This document shows positions 54,701 through 62,107 of a DNA stretch of 62,107 nucleotides, one piece after another. Source of the DNA: a virus (taxonomy: Duplodnaviria > Caudoviricetes); IMG/VR virus record IMGVR_UViG_3300029267_003445, positions 1-62,107 of that record. One strand, 5' to 3'. Positions within the stretch are counted from its first letter, which is position 1, and each line of letters starts with the position of its first letter. The notes under the pieces are model-generated. The model searched no databases. It saw only the letters and a program-made list of their open reading frames with translations, and was not told where the DNA came from. The translations under genes were made by a program, and so were the position numbers.

Positions 54701-54989
54701 TGATTTACCGAACGCCACTACATCGACCCGCGAATCGCAAAACAACCGTCGGCCGTCGACTACTTGCCGCCCCTCGACTTGTTGTCGAAAAAGTAGCGGG
54801 ACGCCGGGCGCGAACCGGACGGAGCCCTTTTGTCGGAACGGATTCCGCGCGATGGTAATCCCCCCGACGCAAAAGCAGTTAAAGCGGATGAAAGTGAAAC
54901 GGAACGACCCTTGCCCTTGTGGCAGCGGGAAAAAATTCAAGAAGTGCCACATGAGAGGCGCACAAAACACCGGACGACGGCAACGGTGA
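54690..54989 (+). CDS. SEC-C motif protein
   Basis: [20 protein letters not shown]; start uncertain. Confidence 0.75.
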   Translation: MQPNDLPNATTSTRESQNNRRPSTTCRPSTCCRKSSGTPGANRTEPFCRNGFRAMVIPPTQKQLKRMKVKRNDPCPCGSGKKFKKCHMRGAQNTGRRQR

Positions 54990-55001
54990 TGGAGGGAGCA
55001 A

Positions 55002-55214
55002 GTGAACCAACGAGAAGCAACCCGAATCGCTCACGGGATGGTGTATCAGGTAATCGACAATCTGCTAACCAATTGTGAGCGGGAAGACCTGCCGCCCGAC
55101 GATGTGGTCCGAATTGACCGAGCGCTGGACCGTATGGCCCAATCTCACTTTGAACTATCGAACCTGATCGAGCGCACACCGATCAGTTTATCCGGTAGTG
55201 GAGGGGAAGCATGA
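55002..55214 (+). CDS. Hypothetical protein
   Basis: GGAGGGAG RBS before the GTG start. Confidence 0.6.
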   Translation: MNQREATRIAHGMVYQVIDNLLTNCEREDLPPDDVVRIDRALDRMAQSHFELSNLIERTPISLSGSGGEA

Positions 55215-55342
55215 AAAACCTCGATAACGACAACCGATTGTTTAGGCTGAAAGGTGCGCGCCTATCGCGTTGTGTTTTTGGCCGCGAACTTGTCGTCGCG
55301 CACTTTCATCCCGCCAACCCACGAAGGACCCCAGGCCCATGA
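55211..55342 (+). CDS. 43-aa ORF
   Basis: Hand-translated MKNLDNDNRLFRLKG...; GGAGG RBS; ATGA overlaps at both ends. Confidence 0.45.
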   Translation: MKNLDNDNRLFRLKGARLSRCVFGRELVVAHFHPANPRRTPGP

Positions 55343-56076
55343 ACGACTACACAATCGAACCCGACTACGACCACCACGGCAACCCTGACGGTTTCGTTTT
55401 ACTGTCGCTACCGCGTTCCGGGACACACATGCTCCGCACGGCATTGAACGCGCACCCTCATGTCTGGTGTTGCCATGAGGTATTCAACCGTGATGTATAC
55501 GGCAAGTTGAAACGGCGGGGCGTGGGCGTGGGCGGCAGAGACGCGCCGTGGGATGGCGAGCCGGTTGCTGTCTATTTTCATAGATTGCAGCGCGTTGGTC
55601 AGGATCGCTTCGGCGTGTGCGTGCAACCCCATCATTTTCAAAAGCGCCGGGCCGGGTTTGAGGAAATGCTGGCGATGGAGTTGCCCACTATTTTGCTGTA
55701 TCGTCTCAATACGCTTCGCCAGTACGTGTCGAGGCTGCAAGCGCGTGCAAGGGGAAAATGGGAAGCGTATCAAGGGGACCCACCCCCGCAACCGATAAAA
55801 GTAGCGGTGGAGCATGCTGCGTACGAGCAGTTTCATTACGAGCAGCGGGAGGCCGTGGCAACCCTTGCGGCGAGGTGCCCGCGGCTGATTGCTCTCACCT
55901 ACGAGGAGCTGATAGCCGATTGGGCGGGCGGTATGCGGCGGGTGTTTGCGGGCATTGGAGTCGCTCCCTGTAAAGTGGCACCGCAGACGATTAAAGTGGG
56001 TGCCGGTTTCCTGGAAAATGCCGTAGATAATTGGGCGGAAGTGGTCAAATGGGCACAACCGGGCGAGAAAATCTAA
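55339..56076 (+). CDS. Stf0-like sulfotransferase
   Basis: PAPS loop LPRSGTHML, HEVFN, LYRLNTLRQYVS, LTYEEL. Confidence 0.85.
   Translation: MNDYTIEPDYDHHGNPDGFVLLSLPRSGTHMLRTALNAHPHVWCCHEVFNRDVYGKLKRRGVGVGGRDAPWDGEPVAVYFHRLQRVGQDRFGVCVQPHHFQKRRAGFEEMLAMELPTILLYRLNTLRQYVSRLQARARGKWEAYQGDPPPQPIKVAVEHAAYEQFHYEQREAVATLAARCPRLIALTYEELIADWAGGMRRVFAGIGVAPCKVAPQTIKVGAGFLENAVDNWAEVVKWAQPGEKI
55736..55749. promoter_or_regulatory. Palindromic box, one-mismatch copy (intragenic)
   Basis: TGCAAGCGCGTGCA, same variant as at 47938. Confidence 0.55.
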
Positions 56077-56145
56077 AAAAATTCCCCTCCTATTTCCCGG
56101 GAAACTCGGGTCTTTTCGGATTATTTTTGAGAAATCTTTGGATTC

Positions 56146-56181
56146 GGGGTTGCGGCGGTGCCGAGATGGTGTATACTTGGA
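56146..56181 (+). promoter_or_regulatory. Early-type promoter
   Basis: GGGGTTGCGG-16 nt-TATACTTGGA with an AT-rich upstream region. Confidence 0.7.
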
Positions 56182-56221
56182 ACCATGCAAACCACCACCA
56201 CCACAACACAAGGAGCCAAAG

Positions 56222-56497
56222 ATGAGTATGCAACGCGAGTGTGGAATAGTTGAGTTGGAGCCCGGCCGTTGGTTTTGTTTGGTCGCTGATCGGGAGTACG
56301 GGGAGCTGGACGAGGGGTGCACCGCATACGGTCCCAAATCCACGGCGGAGGGTGCGTGGGAGGCCATGGCCGATTGCGAATCCAATCCCGGGGGGCACTG
56401 GACTTACACGTGGGACTCGATGGATGCGGCGACTCGGCGGGAGTATGCGGCCGTTGTCAAGGCCAATCGGGTTCGTCCTATGCATCGCCTTTGGTAA
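56222..56497 (+). CDS. Hypothetical protein
   Basis: AAGGAG RBS; first gene after the promoter. Confidence 0.75.
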   Translation: MSMQRECGIVELEPGRWFCLVADREYGELDEGCTAYGPKSTAEGAWEAMADCESNPGGHWTYTWDSMDAATRREYAAVVKANRVRPMHRLW

Positions 56498-56499
56498 AA

Positions 56500-56645
56500 A
56501 GGAGGAGAGGATTTACTGCCGCTTGACCGTCCGTGGCGGGCATAGCCGGTGGAACAAGCGAACGGGGATAAATAGCCGGAACAACCGGACCACCCCCAAA
56601 CGGTCGCAACCTCACACGAGGGGGCGGCAGTAAATCCTTTCACCT
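56500..56645 (+). ncRNA. Candidate structured RNA, family unknown
   Basis: Perfect 15-bp closing stem 56508-56522/56624-56638, extendable through a G-U pair, enclosing several inner stems. Confidence 0.55.
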
Positions 56646-56677
56646 ACCACAACCACCACAACACGCGAGGAGAAAAA

Positions 56678-57052
56678 ATGGCATACGCGACGAGGAAGAT
56701 TGCGGACTACGGGCGGCGATGTGTATTCGGGGCCGGGCCTCGCCGTGGGGCATCTCGGCAGTACGAGCTTCATTGCAACCGTTTGGGGCAATATTTGCTT
56801 GTCTCGGTACTTACCTCCCCCGAGGGTAAAGTACGCCGGGAGCCGTGCGATGGCGGGGACGTGTATACCGTCTTTACGAAAGACGCGAAGTGCGGCCGTG
56901 GGGAGTACGTAGAGGAGTTGGACATCCTAATCGGCCGCGATGTGCGGCACCCCCGGGCAATGGTTCGCAAGATTGCGGAGGCCGCAATCGCCGCAGAGTA
57001 CGAGGCCGGTTTGCGGGTGAGCAAAATGGTCGCCCGTTTTGGCCGTTTTTAG
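56678..57052 (+). CDS. Hypothetical protein
   Basis: GAGGAG RBS. Confidence 0.75.
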   Translation: MAYATRKIADYGRRCVFGAGPRRGASRQYELHCNRLGQYLLVSVLTSPEGKVRREPCDGGDVYTVFTKDAKCGRGEYVEELDILIGRDVRHPRAMVRKIAEAAIAAEYEAGLRVSKMVARFGRF

Positions 57053-57065
57053 TCAACGAGTTTCA

Positions 57066-57114
57066 ACAACCCTATCGCCCCAAATGGGGCACAACCCTAG
57101 ACGCCCCAACGGGC
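57066..57114 (+). repeat. Two tandem ACAACCCTA + GCCC hairpin units
   Basis: Directly visible, abutting the AAGGAG RBS. Confidence 0.7.
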
Positions 57115-57126
57115 AAGGAGTTTCAG

Positions 57127-57996
57127 ATGGTAGACGTAGCGACAACAGCGGAGCCGGAGGTTATCCCGGGGGCGTTGGTGATCCCCGAGGGCCGTGCGTT
57201 GGATATGTGGTCGGGGGTGGACTCCACGTTCGTCCCGGCCTTGCAAAAGGAAATGACGCCCGATGAGAGGCGGGAGACGGTTCGCCGGGTTGCGGTTACC
57301 GCGCAGCTCGCTGACGATACCTTGGATTTGGTATTGGGCGAGCTGCTGTACGAGGTCAACCGCAACAATTACTGGACCGACTGGGACACGCCCGGCGAAG
57401 ACGGGCCTCGCAAGTACAAAGATTTCCACGAGTATGCGGAGCTGGAACTTGGCATGAAGCGGTCCACCGCTCGCTATCGCATCCAAGTGTACGAAAAGTT
57501 CGTCATTGAACTGGACTTGGACAAGGACATATTGCGGAGCCTGGACTGGTCCAAAGGCCGATTGTTGCTGCCCGTGATCGACAAGGCAAATGCCGACGGG
57601 TTGCTCAAGAAGCTGAAGGAAATGACCTACCGCGAGGTCGCGGCAATGGTGAAAGAGATGCGGGGCCTCTCCAAGGACACGGACAGCGATGGGCTCGCTA
57701 CGCTGGTTTTCAAACTGTACCCCGAGCAATTGGAGAACGTGGAGAACGCGATCAACATTGCGAAGGGGATGGCGAAGTCCGAGAAGCCCGGGCATGCTTT
57801 GGACATGATTTGCGCCGATTTTGTTGGGTCCGCCGTGGGCTCCACCCCGGACGGTGCCCTGGTCAGTCTCGGTGTGCTGATTAAGAACATCGAGCGGGCT
57901 TACGGGGTGTCGCTGGAGGTCAAGGCGGTGGACGAGGATCGTTACGCGGAAATGCGCGAAAAGGCCGAGGGAGAAGAGGAGGGAAAAGAGGAGTAG
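57127..57996 (+). CDS. Putative HTH DNA-binding protein
   Basis: LGELLYEV...YW...YKDFHEYAELELGMKRSTARYRIQVY; strong codon bias suggests high expression. Confidence 0.6.
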   Translation: MVDVATTAEPEVIPGALVIPEGRALDMWSGVDSTFVPALQKEMTPDERRETVRRVAVTAQLADDTLDLVLGELLYEVNRNNYWTDWDTPGEDGPRKYKDFHEYAELELGMKRSTARYRIQVYEKFVIELDLDKDILRSLDWSKGRLLLPVIDKANADGLLKKLKEMTYREVAAMVKEMRGLSKDTDSDGLATLVFKLYPEQLENVENAINIAKGMAKSEKPGHALDMICADFVGSAVGSTPDGALVSLGVLIKNIERAYGVSLEVKAVDEDRYAEMREKAEGEEEGKEE

Positions 57997-58013
57997 GGGT
58001 GTTGGGGGTTGTG

Positions 58014-58045
58014 GGTCCGGGGGCTGCCCGCCCCCGGGCCTTTTT
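58014..58045 (+). terminator. Intrinsic terminator
   Basis: GGTCCGGGGGC/GCCCCCGGGCC followed by TTTTT. Confidence 0.8.
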
Positions 58046-58059
58046 GCACGCACGTGCAA
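58044..58059. promoter_or_regulatory. Palindromic box copy 7 (TTGCACGCACGTGCAA)
   Basis: Lies between the terminator and the next RBS. Confidence 0.8.
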
Positions 58060-58075
58060 CCATAGGAGAACGACG

Positions 58076-58405
58076 ATGAAACTCTTGGAGCGCAGATTTA
58101 CATATCGTCTAGACGCAGATTGCTGGCGCAATCGCAACCACCCGCCGCTCGTATCGCACTGGATGCGAGACGCTTGGGACATCCCACTATCCGCCCGAGA
58201 ACTATGGTTGTCGCTACACACCACGCCCGCTCGGAATCGAGTACGAGCCCGCATTGTGCGTGGTGATACGGATTATTACCCGGAAATCCAATGTGATGAT
58301 GAGGAGGTGTGTCCGGGTTGCGGTAGATACGGGAGTGTAGGGCTGGACAAGTACCTGGAAGAACTGATTGGCACAACCGTGTGGATCGAGGCGAGCTACC
58401 GATAA
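58076..58405 (+). CDS. Hypothetical protein
   Basis: AGGAG RBS; CPGC motif. Confidence 0.7.
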   Translation: MKLLERRFTYRLDADCWRNRNHPPLVSHWMRDAWDIPLSARELWLSLHTTPARNRVRARIVRGDTDYYPEIQCDDEEVCPGCGRYGSVGLDKYLEELIGTTVWIEASYR

Positions 58406-58419
58406 GGAGCGCTGCAAAA

Positions 58420-58911
58420 ATGCATGCGTATAGTACCATCAAAACAATTGGGCGGCTGGTAGGGTGGCCAGTGTACGCTCTTCATGGGAGGGAGTGGGTG
58501 GAGAAGCACACACGGCGCGGAGGGGCGTTCCGCTTCCTCTTGGGGCCGGGTCAGTGCACGTGTCTCGGTTGGATGCGGTTCGGGCAGTGCAAGCATCTTC
58601 AAATGGCGGCGGGTGACGCGGCGTGGGTGCCGGGCGAGGACGGTTGGAGCGGGGAAATGGTACGTGATTATATAGGTACGCTGGAGCCGTTGTGCCCCGG
58701 CGCGGTGGAACGGTGGACGGCGGCATGGACGGCGGGACAGCGATGCTACGGGGAGCACACTGTAAAACAGGTCACTCTAGCCGTACCGGAGGCGATGGCG
58801 GGTGAATATACCTTCTTAATCGCGGCTCGGGTGGAACGGAAACGAGGGCTATGTATACGCTTCAAAAAAATCGGAGAAAATTCGGAAATTGGGGTTGCGG
58901 CGTCGCCGTGA
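58420..58911 (+). CDS. SWIM zinc-finger protein
   Basis: CTCLGWMRFGQCKHL. Confidence 0.75.
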   Translation: MHAYSTIKTIGRLVGWPVYALHGREWVEKHTRRGGAFRFLLGPGQCTCLGWMRFGQCKHLQMAAGDAAWVPGEDGWSGEMVRDYIGTLEPLCPGAVERWTAAWTAGQRCYGEHTVKQVTLAVPEAMAGEYTFLIAARVERKRGLCIRFKKIGENSEIGVAASP

Positions 58912-58926
58912 TCTGGTATACTTGGA
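58883..58926 (+). promoter_or_regulatory. Early-type promoter
   Basis: GGGGTTGCGG-16 nt-TATACTTGGA, same architecture as 56146. Confidence 0.7.
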
Positions 58927-58981
58927 GAATGCGGGTTGCATAGTGCAATCCGGGAGCCACCTAAATACGGAGGAGCCACCC

Positions 58982-60403
58982 ATGGCAGCGACGAAGATCA
59001 AAGAGATGCGGAACCCTGTCCAATTGGGGTTCAAGGTGGGCGCGGGCGAGTACCGCTTCTATCAAATTGTAGGCTGGAAGGCCCGGGCCGAGTATAAAGT
59101 TTCCCGCGGTGACGAAGGGCGGCTAGCATGCGATTGTGTTCGGTTCAAAATCGAAAGCAAGTGCGAGCATGCGACGGCGGTGCTGAAACGGGGCTTCAAG
59201 CGCAGCGACCTGACTCGTAGCGGCTCGTGGGGCGAGCCGCTCGAAAACGTGTACCTCGTCTCGGCGGCGGTGAGTGGCATGGTACGGCACGGCACGGGCG
59301 ACATTTCGCTCAGCCATCTTTGCGAGTTGTGTAACGGTGCCGAAACCCCCGAGGGCGAAGCCCCCGAGGGTGCCCTAAATCCCGCCCGCCTCTATGCGGA
59401 GTGCCAACTCAGTGAGGCTTCGCAGATTAGCGTTGACCACCCGGATGTGAGGGCCGCGGGCGAACGGGCGGCGGCGAAGTCGAAGGGGGCGGGGCCGTCC
59501 AAGCCGAAGGCGAAGGACAAGCCGAAGCCGAAGGAGAAGCCGAAGGTCAAGCCGAAGGCACCGTGGCAGACAGTCACTCCGCCCCCCGAGGACGAGTTTT
59601 ACATCGCCCCCGAAACGTGGGAGGCCATCCAGTACGGCATCGCCGCGGGCGAAAACGTGTTGCTCATTGGCCCTTCGGGCAGTGGAAAATCCGAGGTGGC
59701 GTACCTCGCAGCAAAGGCGGCAAGCGAGCCTATTGACGCCTTCAATTTCGGTGCCACTAGCGAGCCGCGGCTGACGCTAATTGGGGCAACGCACTTCAAC
59801 AAGGAAGAGGGCACTTGGTTTGCCGAGAGCCGCTTCGTAAAAGCCATTCGCCGCGACCATGGCGTTGTGTTGCTGGACGAGATTACCCGGGCGAGCTTGG
59901 ACGCCGGGAACATCTTGCTGCCCTTGTTGGATCGACAGGGGTATCTCCCCCTGGATGAGGGCGAGGGTTCGCCCGTAATCCACCGCGGGAAGAAATGTGC
60001 GATGCTTGCCACGGCGAACGTGGGCATGACGTACACGGGCACCACGGCGATGGACACGGCACTGAAACAGCGGTTCCAGACCATCATTGCCATGGATTAC
60101 CCGCCCCCGAAACAGGAGAAGGACATCTTGCTCGGGCGTTGCCAAGGACTCTCAAAGACCGCTGCCGATGGTCTGGTCAAGGTGGCCACTAATCAGCGGC
60201 AATTGGCTCGGGCGGATGAGCAGTTCCAGGAGGAGATTTCCACTCGGATGTTGCTCGCCGCGGGCGAGAAGATGGGAGCGGGGATGGATTACAAATTTGC
60301 ATGCCAGACAAGCATCGTCAATTTCTTCAGCAACGATGGCGGGGAGATGAGCGAGCGGGCGCAGGTGATGCAGATTTTGCAAAAGTACGACCTTTTTAAG
60401 TAG
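58982..60403 (+). CDS. MoxR-family AAA+ ATPase (CbbQ/NorQ/CobS-like) with N-terminal SWIM finger
   Basis: CDC...CEH; GPSGSGKS; VLLDEI; ATAN; DTALKQRF; ISTR. Confidence 0.9.
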   Translation: MAATKIKEMRNPVQLGFKVGAGEYRFYQIVGWKARAEYKVSRGDEGRLACDCVRFKIESKCEHATAVLKRGFKRSDLTRSGSWGEPLENVYLVSAAVSGMVRHGTGDISLSHLCELCNGAETPEGEAPEGALNPARLYAECQLSEASQISVDHPDVRAAGERAAAKSKGAGPSKPKAKDKPKPKEKPKVKPKAPWQTVTPPPEDEFYIAPETWEAIQYGIAAGENVLLIGPSGSGKSEVAYLAAKAASEPIDAFNFGATSEPRLTLIGATHFNKEEGTWFAESRFVKAIRRDHGVVLLDEITRASLDAGNILLPLLDRQGYLPLDEGEGSPVIHRGKKCAMLATANVGMTYTGTTAMDTALKQRFQTIIAMDYPPPKQEKDILLGRCQGLSKTAADGLVKVATNQRQLARADEQFQEEISTRMLLAAGEKMGAGMDYKFACQTSIVNFFSNDGGEMSERAQVMQILQKYDLFK

Positions 60404-60412
60404 GAGCCACAC

Positions 60413-62107
60413 ATGACCAAGAAAAGAAATTTACTGGAGCGCATGCCACGCACTTTTTCGGCAGTGCGAGGCCGGGATTATTTCGCGGAGACGGTGGGCA
60501 TGGTTGCCCGGGAGGACGCGGTTGCCCGGGGGAGCTGGATGAGTTCCATGTGGGCACCCTTTCGGACCAAGAAAGTGGAGGCGCAGGAGGTGGCGTGGGC
60601 ACTGATGCGGGTCCAGGGGTGCGTTCGCAATTTCCTTAGAATTCATGGGGTGCCAAAGAATACACAGATTTCGCTGGCGACCGTGGGTTGTGGTGCAAAG
60701 GGCGCTGCCGGATTCGGTAGCGTTGACCGAGGTAGTACCACCACCTTCAGCAAGCCGTATATCCTGCTGGACAAAAGTATCTACGAGGAGGCCAAAGAGG
60801 GTGAAATGCTGGACCTTTATCTGGGCGCAGCGTTGCACGAGGCCGGGCATCTGAACAACACGCGGTCGCTCTTTACTATGCTTGCACGTGGGGAGCTTCC
60901 AGAGAACTTGCGGATGTGGGTCAACTTGTTTGAGGACGAGCGGGTAGAGGATTTGGAAAAGAAGCGGTCGCCCGGGTACGCCCCCTATCTGCACGCGTTG
61001 AAGCGTGCCCTGTTCGAGAAGAAAGAGTTTGGATTTGCTTTGCAGAACTGGACAGAACTGCCGGACATGGATAAGGTGGCAATACTTGCATTCGCCTTTA
61101 TCCGGGCTCCCCACACGCTGACCCATGTCCACAAGGAGTGGAAGTCCGTTGGCGGTACGTGTGTCTTTGAGGAGCTGCGAAAGTGCGTGGGTGCCCGGGT
61201 AGTTACAGAGGCGGATGTGTTGCGGGCAGCGAAGGCCGTTGATTCCCTGCTCGCCCGAATCCGGCGGGAGTACCCAGAAGCCCCCGGCGCTCCGGGTGGC
61301 GGTGCGGGTGAGAGTGCGGACAAGAGCGACGGCAGCGCGGGTAAGAGTGCGGGCAAAGGGAAGGGCGGCGAGGAAGGTGCCGCGGGCGGCGAGGAAGGGG
61401 CAGAGGCCGGGGGAGAGGTGGCTGATCGCCGGGAGGCGCAAGCAAAAGCAGACGCCCGCGATGCGGCGGACAAGAAACGCCTCCGCTCCGCTGATGGTGA
61501 TGTTCGGCGGGCGGGTGAGTCGTTGACGGGTACGGGTAACGCAAAAGAAATGTCAACCACGATGGAGCGGGGTAGAGATGACAAGGCACTAGAAAAAGCG
61601 GCGGATGCCCTAGAGGATGCCCGGGCGGAGAGAGATAGTGTTTTTGACGACCGCAAAGGCCGATTTTCTCCGATGGATATGGAGCGTATGCTGGAGCGGC
61701 TCGGCGGGCTCAGCAAGCCGCTGGACCTGGAAGAGTCCAAGGAGTACGCAAAGGCCACGGAAGACAAGATTACGTTTGGTGACGAGTGGTGCGAAGGCAC
61801 GAGGAAAGGGCATATGGCCATAACGCGGCGTACGGTTATCATACACCCGAAGGGCACGCCCGCATCGAAGAGGCGGTACAAGCAGGCTTACAAATCCGTT
61901 CAGAAGATGATCGCCCGGACCCGTAGTTTGTTTCACTTCCGTCTGGGCAAGCGTACGTATGTCCAACGCGAGCGGACTGAAGGACGATTGGACCGGAGCC
62001 GCTTAGCGTCGGCCATGAGCACAGACCGCATCTTTCGCACGTCGTATACCCGGGAGGATAAAGGGATTGCGGTGTGCCTCCTGTTGGACGAAAGTGGGAG
62101 CATGGGG
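60413..62107 (+). CDS. CobT/NorD-like VWA partner with HExxH domain, 3'-truncated and absent from the ORF track
   Basis: Hand translation gives LHEAGH, NLFEDERVE, GRLDRSRL and the MIDAS LLLDESGSM in the same frame at the window end. Confidence 0.88.
   Translation, partial: MTKKRNLLERMPRTFSAVRGRDYFAETVGMVAREDAVARGSWMSSMWAPFRTKKVEAQEVAWALMRVQGCVRNFLRIHGVPKNTQISLATVGCGAKGAAGFGSVDRGSTTTFSKPYILLDKSIYEEAKEGEMLDLYLGAALHEAGHLNNTRSLFTMLARGELPENLRMWVNLFEDERVEDLEKKRSPGYAPYLHALKRALFEKKEFGFALQNWTELPDMDKVAILAFAFIRAPHTLTHVHKEWKSVGGTCVFEELRKCVGARVVTEADVLRAAKAVDSLLARIRREYPEAPGAPGGGAGESADKSDGSAGKSAGKGKGGEEGAAGGEEGAEAGGEVADRREAQAKADARDAADKKRLRSADGDVRRAGESLTGTGNAKEMSTTMERGRDDKALEKAADALEDARAERDSVFDDRKGRFSPMDMERMLERLGGLSKPLDLEESKEYAKATEDKITFGDEWCEGTRKGHMAITRRTVIIHPKGTPASKRRYKQAYKSVQKMIARTRSLFHFRLGKRTYVQRERTEGRLDRSRLASAMSTDRIFRTSYTREDKGIAVCLLLDESGSMG

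Noticed and set aside
56500-56645. MITE, tRNA or pistol/hammerhead ribozyme
   Set aside because: No target-site duplication or transposase, no T/D-loop consensus, no CUGAUGA/GAAA core. AUAAAUAG is pistol-like but I could not build the pseudoknot.
1-62107. The many minus-strand and alternate-frame ORFs in the track (e.g. 756..1529, 28072..29091, 57097..58254, 60431..61441)
   Set aside because: They shadow well-supported + strand genes in GC-rich DNA and have no motifs or RBSs.
1-62107. tRNA, rRNA, integrase, lysis genes, DGR or retron
   Set aside because: None recognised by eye. They may lie outside the window, so lifestyle cannot be called.

Overview
The window is one continuous piece of a large tailed dsDNA phage genome (siphovirus-like, long tape measure). 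Essentially every credible gene is on the + strand, many are translationally coupled, and the standard genetic code fits. Gene order: csrA and small ORFs; terminase and portal; a complete 7-deazaguanine DNA-modification operon (ParB-like, dpdA, ArcS/DUF5591-like, queC, queD, queE, and a phosphoribosyltransferase-FolE fusion); a MuF head protein carrying an anthrax-lethal-factor-like HExxH protease, followed by two tiny ORFs; protease/scaffold and major capsid; fibre and lectin-like genes; neck, tail and tape measure; a replication/recombination module (initiator, DnaC-like, DnaB, primase, SSB, MTase, PolA, SF2 helicase, RecA, resolvase, Cas4-like nuclease); then an early-type region ending in a MoxR AAA+/VWA pair that runs off the window. 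Four glycosyltransferases, methyltransferases, a HAD phosphatase and a sulfotransferase are scattered among the structural and replication genes. Non-coding signals read by eye: a palindrome TGCACG-NN-CGTGCA (7 exact and 2 near copies), a ~145-nt structured RNA candidate, a shared promoter class, and two probable frameshifts. A Planctomycetota host is suggested but not proven. All family calls are from motif recognition; no database searches were run.
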